Positions 1 through 5,719 of a stretch of DNA of 40,000 nt are shown in pieces. Numbering within the stretch: the stretch's first letter is position 1; each line of letters begins with the position of its first letter. The position numbers and the translations under genes are program-made. Origin of the DNA: Bacteroides phage crAss001. The stretch lies in sequence record MH675552.1, one strand, 5' to 3'. The notes under the pieces were generated by a model. That model saw only the letters and a list, made by a program, of their open reading frames with translations. It ran no database searches and was not told the DNA's origin.

Positions 1-87
1 CTGTTTCACTTGAATCTTGTCTACATGTTGAGCTGCTTTAAACTGTTCAACTGTCAGGGTCTCACGGAATTTTAACTGATTGTCCAT
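1..87 (-). CDS. Partial conserved hypothetical protein, continues left of the window (MDNQLKFRETLTVEQFKAAQHVDKIQVKQ...)
   Basis: Reverse-strand open frame from ATG at 87-85 to the window edge; divergent from all other genes. Confidence 0.6.
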   Translation of the reverse strand, partial: MDNQLKFRETLTVEQFKAAQHVDKIQVKQ

Positions 88-204
88 AATACTTAAATGT
101 TAAATTGTTAATGAATAAATTGTTTAACCATAGGGGGTAGGACCCCACTGGCTAAGTGATGGGGGAGGTGGGGTTGGTGTATATACTGCTCATGACTATG
201 AATC

Positions 205-230
205 AAAAAAAAAAAATTAAAAAAAAAAAA
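205..230. repeat. A12-TT-A12 tract upstream of a promoter
   Basis: Two runs of 12 A separated by TT, ending 9 nt before a TTTG -33 element. Confidence 0.85.
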
Positions 231-238
231 TTAAATTA

Positions 239-270
239 TTTGGATAGTATCTACTATATACTTATCTTTG
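239..270 (+). promoter_or_regulatory. Bacteroidetes-type promoter TTTG-N20-TATCTTTG
   Basis: TTTG 239-242, 20-nt spacer, TATCTTTG 263-270; ATG follows at 287. Confidence 0.85.
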
Positions 271-286
271 ACCAAAAATTAAAGGT

Positions 287-591
287 ATGAAAGAGAAGAG
301 TTATAATTTATTTGGGAGTACTTGGAGAATACAGTTTGTAGATGAAGTAGTTGGTGAAAATGATAGGTGGTATTTGGAGAAACAGAGAGTCCTTCAAGGG
401 TAATAACTATTAGCACAAAAAAGCCTGATGGTAGTAAACTTTCAAAGGATGAAATTGAACTTACTGTCCTACATGAAATAATACATTCTATATTCCAAAC
501 TGGACAATATATGAGTTGTGATAATGATGAACCATTAGTAGAATGGACTGCAAGATGTTTAAAAGCCTTAAAAGAACAGCATATTATATAG
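287..591 (+). pseudogene. HExxH metallopeptidase-like protein split across two frames (287..403 and 367..591)
   Basis: Frame a: MKEKSYNLFGSTWRIQFVDEVVGENDRW...; frame b: ...VFGETESPSRVITISTKKPDGSKLSKDEIELTVLHEIIHSIFQTGQY...DEPLVEW. Together they read as one continuous domain with HEIIH. Confidence 0.6.
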
Positions 592-626
592 TCAATAGTT
601 AAACTTTCATAAATAATAGTCCCAGA

Positions 627-658
627 TTTGGATATGTCATTTATTTTTTGTATGTTTG
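627..658 (+). promoter_or_regulatory. Bacteroidetes-type promoter TTTG-N20-TATGTTTG
   Basis: TTTG 627-630, 20-nt spacer, TATGTTTG 651-658. Confidence 0.8.
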
Positions 659-664
659 CACCAG

Positions 665-990
665 AATTAGAACTATACATCTAATTTCTCCTCCAAAGAA
701 GTCCCTTACAGAAGTTCAGGCTTTGGAGCTGACAGGGTAGTAATCCACACTTCTCCCATAAATAGGGAGCTTAATATAAAGGCTGGTATGCCTGTGGATG
801 AGGTGAAAATCCTGCTAAGAAATGCCTTGATTATAAGTTACAGTAGCACACCTATGTATATGAGAAAAGGTTGAGGGTAAAGTGCTCTTGGGGATTAACC
901 GCCTGTAATGAAGTGTCATGGTAGGGGTACTGGAAACTTTACTCTGGCAGAGAACCAATCTGCTTAAGGGATTGTTATACACTTTAAAGA
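665..990 (+). ncRNA. Candidate structured non-coding RNA (possible divergent RNase P RNA-like or novel)
   Basis: Preceded by a perfect promoter, no convincing ORF, stem CTCCAAAG(691-698)/CTTTGGAG(721-728), potential long-range pairing GTCCCTTA(701-708)/TAAGGGAT(965-972), weak RNase P-like motifs in order. Confidence 0.35.
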
Positions 991-998
991 ACAAATAT

Positions 999-1148
999 AT
1001 GAAAAGAATTATTGAAGAAGTTATTAAGAATGTAAACATTGTTAAGTGTGAAGGTGCTATCTGTGTATCAGTAAATAACAATGATAGGAGATACTATGCA
1101 CAAGGAGTTAGTTCAAGAATGTTGGATGTAAAGAGATATAAGGTATGA
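999..1148 (+). CDS. Small hypothetical protein (49 aa)
   Basis: ATG at 999 within longer ORF 918..1148: MKRIIEEVIKNVNIVKCEGAICVSVNNNDRRYYAQG...; stop next to the start of the next gene. Confidence 0.5.
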   Translation: MKRIIEEVIKNVNIVKCEGAICVSVNNNDRRYYAQGVSSRMLDVKRYKV

Positions 1149-1537
1149 AATGGTTAAGTAACTTCTTACTTTGGTTGTGGCAATTCCCGCAGAATTATAT
1201 AGCATTCTTGGTCTATAGTTGCTTAGGATATTTGTGTTATTATGGCAAGGAATACTATAGAAGGCATGTAATTTACAGCAATTATATTGCATCAAGTTTT
1301 TCATTAGGTGATTATATCTTTGCTCTTCCTAATTCTACTGATAAGTCTTTGAAGCATGAATTAGGTCACTCATACCAGTCTCAGTTATTAGGATGGTTGT
1401 ATATTCCAGTGATAGTTATCCCCTCAGTCTTACATAATTTATATTGTGGGATTGTAAGAAAGATGGGGTATAGACCTAATTATTATAGCTTCTACACAGA
1501 GAAATGGGCAGATAAATTGGTTGAGAAAGTGGGGTAA
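1145..1537 (+). CDS. Membrane-associated HExxH metallopeptidase-like protein
   Basis: KHELGHSYQSQLLGWLYIPVIVIPSVLHN...YYSFYTEKWADKL; zinc-peptidase-like HELGH motif followed by a hydrophobic segment. Confidence 0.6.
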   Translation: MKWLSNFLLWLWQFPQNYIAFLVYSCLGYLCYYGKEYYRRHVIYSNYIASSFSLGDYIFALPNSTDKSLKHELGHSYQSQLLGWLYIPVIVIPSVLHNLYCGIVRKMGYRPNYYSFYTEKWADKLVEKVG

Positions 1538-1624
1538 TTCTTTATTGATTACCCTCTTCCACCTTATTATTCTAATTCACTTCTGGAGTATTTTCATATT
1601 ATCTTGAAAATAATTAGTGAAAGA

Positions 1625-1656
1625 TTTGCATATCTCAAATATTTGACTTATCTTTG
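1625..1656 (+). promoter_or_regulatory. Promoter of the tRNA array, TTTG-N20-TATCTTTG
   Basis: TTTG 1625-1628, 20-nt spacer, TATCTTTG 1649-1656, 25 nt before the first tRNA. Confidence 0.85.
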
Positions 1657-1681
1657 CATCATGATTAGAAGATAAGAACAT

Positions 1682-1753
1682 TGTTCCATAGTATAATGGT
1701 TATTACACCTGATTTTGGCTCAAGTAATGTAGGTTCAATTCCTGCTGGAACAA
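1682..1753 (+). tRNA. tRNA-Gln(TTG)
   Basis: Acceptor TGTTCCA/TGGAACA, anticodon loop TTTTGGC, T-arm GTAGG-TTCAATT-CCTGC; one mismatch in the anticodon stem. Confidence 0.85.
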
Positions 1754-1760
1754 CTATTAT

Positions 1761-1832
1761 GCCCTCTTAGTACAATGGATAGTACATGAGTCTTCTAAAC
1801 TTAGAATGATAGTTCGATTCTATCAGGGGGTA
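1761..1832 (+). tRNA. tRNA-Arg(TCT)
   Basis: Acceptor GCCCTCT/AGGGGGT, loop CTTCTAA, T-arm GATAG-TTCGATT-CTATC. Confidence 0.9.
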
Positions 1833-1913
1833 CTTTTGAAGGTGGATTTTTTTTTTGTTTCATGATTTTTAAAGAGTGGACTATCTGGTCTGTGAAGATA
1901 GGATAGTCAAAAT

Positions 1914-1987
1914 GGTGGGTTGGACAAATTGGTTAAGTCACTGCCCTTTCAAGGCAGTCATTAGGGGTTCAAATCCCCTACCCATTA
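1914..1987 (+). tRNA. tRNA-Glu(TTC)
   Basis: Acceptor GGTGGGT/ACCCATT, anticodon arm CTGCC-CTTTCAA-GGCAG. Confidence 0.9.
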
Positions 1988-2068
1988 CATTACAGTAGGG
2001 TCTTAGTTATCCAACAGATTTAACTATTACTTAAATGAGTGTTAACTCCACTGCCTACTGTATGAATA

Positions 2069-2139
2069 GTCTATGTAGCTTAATGGTTAAAGTGCTGCAC
2101 TGTCAATGCAGAGAACAGGGTTCAATTCCCTCATAGACT
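2069..2139 (+). tRNA. tRNA-Asp(GTC)
   Basis: Acceptor GTCTATG/CATAGAC, anticodon arm CTGCA-CTGTCAA-TGCAG. Confidence 0.88.
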
Positions 2140-2181
2140 GCCCTGAACTAAGTCCTCTGCCAAAGAGTTGGAGAGGCAAAT

Positions 2182-2266
2182 GGAGAGATAACTCAGTGGG
2201 ACTGGGAACTGTCTTGAAAACAGATTGGTCATTTATTTGGCTGGGGGTCGGGACCTCATTTCTCCG
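2182..2266 (+). tRNA. tRNA-Ser(TGA), class II
   Basis: Acceptor GGAGAGA/TTTCTCC, anticodon TGA, long variable arm. Confidence 0.88.
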
Positions 2267-2270
2267 CATT

Positions 2271-2468
2271 ATGGTACAGATATTTAGAAAACAAGGTTGG
2301 ATTCTTAATCCTAATGATAAGATAGTGAATGCTATCTTGAAAAGATGTGAGATTAATAATGGTGAGTGTCCCTGTCATAATACAGGAGAGGATAAGAAAT
2401 GTCCCTGTAGTGACTATAGGGAAAATGATAAATGCCATTGTGGTTTATATGTTAAATTGGAGGATTAA
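2271..2468 (+). CDS. Small FeS-type protein resembling the ferredoxin-thioredoxin reductase catalytic chain
   Basis: In-frame ATG inside ORF 2106..2468 just after tRNA-Ser: MVQIFRKQGWILNPNDKIVNAILKRCEINNGECPCHNTGEDKKCPCSDYRENDKCHCGLYVKLED; CPC-X8-CPC-X8-CHC. Confidence 0.75.
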   Translation: MVQIFRKQGWILNPNDKIVNAILKRCEINNGECPCHNTGEDKKCPCSDYRENDKCHCGLYVKLED

Positions 2469-2545
2469 CCCTAATGGTAAGGGAACTGTTTGCTAAACAG
2501 TGAGTAGTCTGAAAGGATGTATAGGTTCAAATCCTATATCCTCCG
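2459..2545 (+). tRNA. tRNA-Ser(GCT), class II
   Basis: Acceptor GGAGGAT/ATCCTCC, anticodon arm ACTGT-TTGCTAA-ACAGT, long variable arm; overlaps the stop of the preceding CDS. Confidence 0.9.
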
Positions 2546-2719
2546 CATTAGTACTCAGGCTTCTTCCAGAGTATGGCTTCTCTGAGTAGAAGTAGCACAC
2601 ATACATTGGTAGCCCAAATGGAGTTTATAATTAATAGCTTAATACTTAAGCTCTTTTAAGTTAATGATTATAGGGAGTCATAGTACAGCAGGCTCTACAC
2701 TAATGGTGCTGTACAAAAT

Positions 2720-2792
2720 ATAGTAGTAGCCTAATGGGTGGGGCACTGCATTTGGGATGCAGAGGATGGAAGTTCGAGTCTTCTCTACTATA
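2720..2792 (+). tRNA. tRNA-Pro(TGG)
   Basis: Acceptor ATAGTAG/CTACTAT, anticodon arm CTGCA-TTTGGGA-TGCAG. Confidence 0.88.
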
Positions 2793-2865
2793 CTATTAGT
2801 TTTCACAGAGAGAGCTAAGAATGGAAGTTAAGGAGTTGTAACCAAATAAAAATAAACTCCAGCAT

Positions 2866-2939
2866 GGGTCATGTAGTGTAATTGGCTAACACATCACATT
2901 TGCACTGTGAAGTTGGGGTTCAAGTCCCACATGTATCCA
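2866..2939 (+). tRNA. tRNA-Ala(TGC)-like, irregular
   Basis: D-arm GTGT/ACAC, anticodon arm TCACA-TTTGCAC-TGTGA; acceptor GGGTCAT/ATG-T-ATCC needs a bulge and the T-arm is imperfect. Confidence 0.6.
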
Positions 2940-3008
2940 CTGTTTCATGTTTTCATAATGTTTGTTTTTTTTTTTACAGGTATTGGGCACACCTTAAGTG
3001 CCCTACAC

Positions 3009-3082
3009 TGCTCCTTAGTTCAGTGGTTTAGAATAGCACTTTTACACAGTGAAGGTCATTAGTTCGATTCTAATAGGAGCAA
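3009..3082 (+). tRNA. tRNA-Val(TAC)
   Basis: Acceptor TGCTCCT/AGGAGCA, loop TTTACAC, T-arm ATTAG-TTCGATT-CTAAT. Confidence 0.87.
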
Positions 3083-3157
3083 CATTTAGACACTACTACA
3101 GTTAACAGTAAATCAATATATGCTGTAGATATATTGGTTGAATGGTGTCTATCTAAT

Positions 3158-3229
3158 GGGTTGTTAGCTCAATGGTGGAGCAAGTGGCTGTTAACCACGA
3201 GGCTATAGGTTCGAGTCCTATACTTCCCG
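3158..3229 (+). tRNA. tRNA-Asn(GTT)
   Basis: Loop CTGTTAA, T-arm ATAGG-TTCGAGT-CCTAT; acceptor GGGTTGT/ACTTCCC with two T-T mismatches. Confidence 0.85.
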
Positions 3230-3248
3230 CAGATTTAAAGTAGAAGTC

Positions 3249-3581
3249 ATGAAAGAGATTAGAAGTAAAATGATTGTTGAGGATAGAAGTAAGGTGAAAG
3301 CAGTTCACTTTAAATATCCTGAAATGATGAGTGAGAATGCTCAGGAAGAGATTAAGAATAATTATAATGAATTATTATCTCTTGAAGAGGAACTCTATAG
3401 TGCAAGAGAAGTTGTGAGAGAGTTAGAAAAGAAACTCACAGAAAAGAAAAAGAAGTTTGATGAAAAGACTTTATTGTGTACATTAGAGTTTGAAACAAGT
3501 GAGAAAGATATAGTGAACTATGAATCTCATGTACTATTCAAGGGTATGGGTAATGATACATTAGGTCATTATAGTACTTAA
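3249..3581 (+). CDS. Hypothetical coiled-coil protein
   Basis: 110-aa ORF in a gap between tRNAs: ...NNYNELLSLEEELYSAREVVRELEKKLTEKKKKFDEK... Confidence 0.7.
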   Translation: MKEIRSKMIVEDRSKVKAVHFKYPEMMSENAQEEIKNNYNELLSLEEELYSAREVVRELEKKLTEKKKKFDEKTLLCTLEFETSEKDIVNYESHVLFKGMGNDTLGHYST

Positions 3582-3584
3582 TAT

Positions 3585-3655
3585 GTATCCTTAGTTTAAT
3601 GGTAGAATGTTGCTCTCCAAAAGCAAAGGTAGTAGTTCGATTCTATTAGGATATG
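3585..3655 (+). tRNA. tRNA-Trp(CCA)
   Basis: Acceptor GTATCCT/AGGATAT, anticodon arm TTGCT-CTCCAAA-AGCAA. Confidence 0.9.
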
Positions 3656-3662
3656 CTTAAAT

Positions 3663-3734
3663 TGGTACATCTTCTAAAGGTTAGGAAACATCTCTGATAA
3701 GGATGCAATCACAGTTCAATTCTGTGTGTACCAA
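3663..3734 (+). tRNA. tRNA-Ile(GAT)
   Basis: Acceptor TGGTACA/TGTACCA, loop CTGATAA, T-arm CACAG-TTCAATT-CTGTG. Confidence 0.9.
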
Positions 3735-3741
3735 CTTATAT

Positions 3742-3814
3742 TCTGATATACTTCAATAGGTAGAAGGCTGCTCTCATAAGGCAGTAGTTATAGGTTCAAG
3801 TCCTATTATCAGAA
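3742..3814 (+). tRNA. tRNA-Met(CAT)
   Basis: Acceptor TCTGATA/TATCAGA, anticodon arm CTGCT-CTCATAA-GGCAG. Confidence 0.88.
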
Positions 3815-3816
3815 CT

Positions 3817-3890
3817 GTGTTAGTATTTTAATTGGTCAGAAGTCCTGACTGTGAATCAGGAGGGTATGGGTTCAAATCCCATCTAACACC
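3817..3890 (+). tRNA. tRNA-His(GTG)
   Basis: Acceptor GTGTTAG/CTAACAC, anticodon arm CCTGA-CTGTGAA-TCAGG, discriminator C. Confidence 0.9.
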
Positions 3891-3897
3891 CCAATAT

Positions 3898-3971
3898 GCT
3901 GAGGTAGCACAAGTGGTAAATGCAGATGGCTTATATCCATAAGATAGTGGGTTCAAATCCTACCCTCAGTA
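3898..3971 (+). tRNA. tRNA-Ile(TAT)
   Basis: Acceptor GCTGAGG/CCTCAGT, loop CTTATAT, T-arm GTGGG-TTCAAAT-CCTAC. Confidence 0.82.
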
Positions 3972-3980
3972 CAATTAAAT

Positions 3981-4053
3981 GCCTCTATAGCTGAATGGTT
4001 AAAGCTGCTCCCTCTTAAGGAGAAGATTCTAAGTTCGATTCTTAGTGGAGGTA
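3981..4053 (+). tRNA. tRNA-Lys(CTT)
   Basis: Acceptor GCCTCTA/TGGAGGT, loop CTCTTAA, T-arm CTAAG-TTCGATT-CTTAG. Confidence 0.88.
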
Positions 4054-4058
4054 CATAT

Positions 4059-4130
4059 TCCCCTATAGCAGACAGGTGTAGGCAATAGACTTTTAATCTA
4101 TGAGGTGAGGTTCAATTCCTCATGGGGGAA
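4059..4130 (+). tRNA. tRNA-Lys(TTT)
   Basis: Acceptor TCCCCTA/TGGGGGA, anticodon arm ATAGA-CTTTTAA-TCTAT. Confidence 0.9.
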
Positions 4131-4140
4131 CAAATATAAT

Positions 4141-4235
4141 GGGTACATAACATCAGCAGACTGTAAATCTGCCCTCCTTTATCAAATTGATGTAATGGAC
4201 TTTGGAGTAGGGGAGTTCGAGTCTCTCTGTGCCCA
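4141..4235 (+). tRNA. tRNA-Tyr(GTA)-like, no D-arm and enlarged variable region
   Basis: Acceptor GGGTACA/TGTGCCC, anticodon arm GCAGA-CTGTAAA-TCTGC, T-arm GGGAG-TTCGAGT-CTCTC; only 8 nt between acceptor and anticodon stems. Confidence 0.65.
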
Positions 4236-4301
4236 CTTTGGTTTCTTCTCCTTGTCAGGGAAGAGTAATAGTCTGTAGTTACATGCAGGCTTCCAAATAA
4301 T

Positions 4302-4377
4302 GGAGATTTGGTGTAGGTGGTTATTTGCACGATAGTCTGAAAAACTATAGGCTTAAGTTCAATTCTTAGAGTCTCCA
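4302..4377 (+). tRNA. tRNA-Phe(GAA)
   Basis: Acceptor GGAGATT/AGTCTCC, anticodon arm ATAGT-CTGAAAA-ACTAT. Confidence 0.87.
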
Positions 4378-4388
4378 TAATTTATAAT

Positions 4389-4477
4389 GCCCCTTTGGTG
4401 GAATTTGGTAGACACTCTGGATTTAGGCTCCAGTGCGAAGTAATAGTAGTGTAAGAGTTCGAGTCTCTTAGGGGGTA
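4389..4477 (+). tRNA. tRNA-Leu(TAG), class II
   Basis: Acceptor GCCCCTT/AGGGGGT, anticodon arm CTGGA-TTTAGGC-TCCAG, long variable arm. Confidence 0.9.
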
Positions 4478-4499
4478 CAAAAAAAATATGCAGATTTAC

Positions 4500-4530
4500 T
4501 TGCATATATAAATTATAATACATATCTTTG
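4500..4530 (+). promoter_or_regulatory. Promoter CTTG-N20-TATCTTTG upstream of the Dps-like gene
   Basis: TTG 4500-4502, 20-nt spacer, TATCTTTG 4523-4530; ATG at 4551. Confidence 0.8.
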
Positions 4531-4550
4531 TAACATCAAATTAAAACAAC

Positions 4551-5000
4551 ATGATAGATACATTTGGAGACAATCTATTAGAAGGTTTTGAATATGAATC
4601 TCCTTCACATGAAGGAAATCAATTTAAAGACTTTCTTTGTGTACTTGAAGGATTCAAGACTAAGTTTAAGAATCTTCATTGGTCAGCATATAGCAATTCA
4701 ATCCATGTAAGGGTTGATGAACTTATTGATAAAATATCTGATTATCAAGACATTCTTGCAGAAGAAGTTCAAGGTATTCAAGGACAATTTGAACCAAACT
4801 TCCTTAAAGGAACTAACTTTGATTTCACTTGTCCTCATGAAGCAATTGATAACTTGATAAGTAGAACTGATACTTTTTATTCTAAGTTACCTCAGTCTTC
4901 TGACTTTGCTGGAGTTAGAAGTGAGTGTGAAGCCTTCATCACCAATCTTCACAAGTATAGATACTTGTTTGATTTATGTAGAAGAGGTGCAATGGATTAA
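4551..5000 (+). CDS. Dps/ferritin-like protein
   Basis: LEGFKTKFKNLHWSAYSNSIHVRVDELIDKISDYQDILAEEVQG resembles the Dps 'LHW...H...DEL...D..AE' helix pattern. Confidence 0.6.
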   Translation: MIDTFGDNLLEGFEYESPSHEGNQFKDFLCVLEGFKTKFKNLHWSAYSNSIHVRVDELIDKISDYQDILAEEVQGIQGQFEPNFLKGTNFDFTCPHEAIDNLISRTDTFYSKLPQSSDFAGVRSECEAFITNLHKYRYLFDLCRRGAMD

Positions 5001-5002
5001 AT

Positions 5003-5078
5003 GGCTCAGTGGTGCAACTTGGTAGACACAACAGGTTTAAGCCCTGTAAAAGTGAGGGTTCGACCCCCTCTTGAGCTA
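5003..5078 (+). tRNA. tRNA-Leu(TAA) with short variable loop
   Basis: Acceptor GGCTCAG/TTGAGCT, Leu-like D-loop GGTAGACACA, anticodon arm ACAGG-TTTAAGC-CCTGT, only 6 nt variable region. Confidence 0.82.
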
Positions 5079-5085
5079 CCATAAT

Positions 5086-5156
5086 GGGTTTGTAGTTTAA
5101 TGGTAAAACACTGCTCTTGTAAAGCAGATTTCTCAGTTCAATTCTGGGCATTCCCT
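5086..5156 (+). tRNA. tRNA-Thr(TGT)
   Basis: Anticodon arm CTGCT-CTTGTAA-AGCAG, T-arm CTCAG-TTCAATT-CTGGG; acceptor GGGTTTG/CATTCCC with two T-T mismatches. Confidence 0.83.
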
Positions 5157-5162
5157 CAACTT

Positions 5163-5235
5163 GTAGGTATGGTGTTAGTGGTTAGCACATGACATTGCCA
5201 ATGTCAAGGGGACAGTTCAAATCTGTTTATCTACT
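5163..5235 (+). tRNA. tRNA-Gly(GCC)
   Basis: Acceptor GTAGGTA/TATCTAC, anticodon arm TGACA-TTGCCAA-TGTCA. Confidence 0.88.
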
Positions 5236-5237
5236 CT

Positions 5238-5654
5238 ATGGAAAGTAAAGTTTGTAGTAAATGTGGAATAGAAAAGCCATTAAGTGAATTTGCTTTAAAT
5301 AAGACCAGAAAAGATGGTCATGCTTCTGATTGTAAGTCTTGTAGAAAGAGGTATAGAGATGAACATTATAGACTCCATAAAGAGTATTATAAAGAAAAGG
5401 CAGCAGCCTATAAAAGAAAGAAGACTAAAGAATTAGAAGAGTTTAAAAGCACCCTAAAGTGTGTAATATGTGGTGAAAATAGACCTTGGTGTTTGGATTT
5501 TCATCATATAAATCCTGAGGAGAAAGAAGGGGAAATAGCAAAACTTATTGAATCTCCAAGGAGATTACAAGAAGAATTAAAGAAGTGTATAGTCCTATGT
5601 GCTAACTGCCATAGAGATTTACACTATAAAGAAAGAAATGCAGGTGTCGTATAA
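5238..5654 (+). CDS. HNH endonuclease
   Basis: CSKCGIEKPLSEF...CKSCR...LKCVICGENRPWCLDFHHINPEEKEG...CIVLCANCHRDLHY: zinc knuckles plus HH...N...H core. Confidence 0.93.
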   Translation: MESKVCSKCGIEKPLSEFALNKTRKDGHASDCKSCRKRYRDEHYRLHKEYYKEKAAAYKRKKTKELEEFKSTLKCVICGENRPWCLDFHHINPEEKEGEIAKLIESPRRLQEELKKCIVLCANCHRDLHYKERNAGVV

Positions 5655-5711
5655 AGGTTAGTATAGGAGATTTCCAATCTTCTGGTTAGAGTTCGATTCT
5701 CTTCACCTGCT
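5640..5711 (+). tRNA. tRNA-Gly(TCC)
   Basis: Acceptor GCAGGTG/CACCTGC, anticodon arm GGAGA-TTTCCAA-TCTTC; 5' end lies inside the HNH ORF. Confidence 0.85.
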
Positions 5712-5719
5712 CTATAAAT

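Noticed and set aside
279-680. Minus-strand ORF of 133 aa
   Set aside because: Antisense to a plus-strand gene with a recognisable HExxH domain and promoter; low-complexity product with no family resemblance.
665-990. tmRNA
   Set aside because: No recognisable alanine-like terminal arms and no tag-peptide frame ending in a typical ALAA-like sequence.
2087-2269. ORFs laid over tRNA genes (minus-strand 2087..2269, 4112..4378, 4939..5151, 5624..5806; N-terminal part of plus-strand 2106..2468)
   Set aside because: They traverse complete tRNA structures; the products are translated tRNA sequence. Only the part of 2106..2468 from ATG 2271 is retained.
4236-4301. Additional tRNA between tRNA-Tyr-like and tRNA-Phe
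   Set aside because: GTCTGTA/TGCAGGC can pair, but there is no T-arm consensus or acceptor stem.
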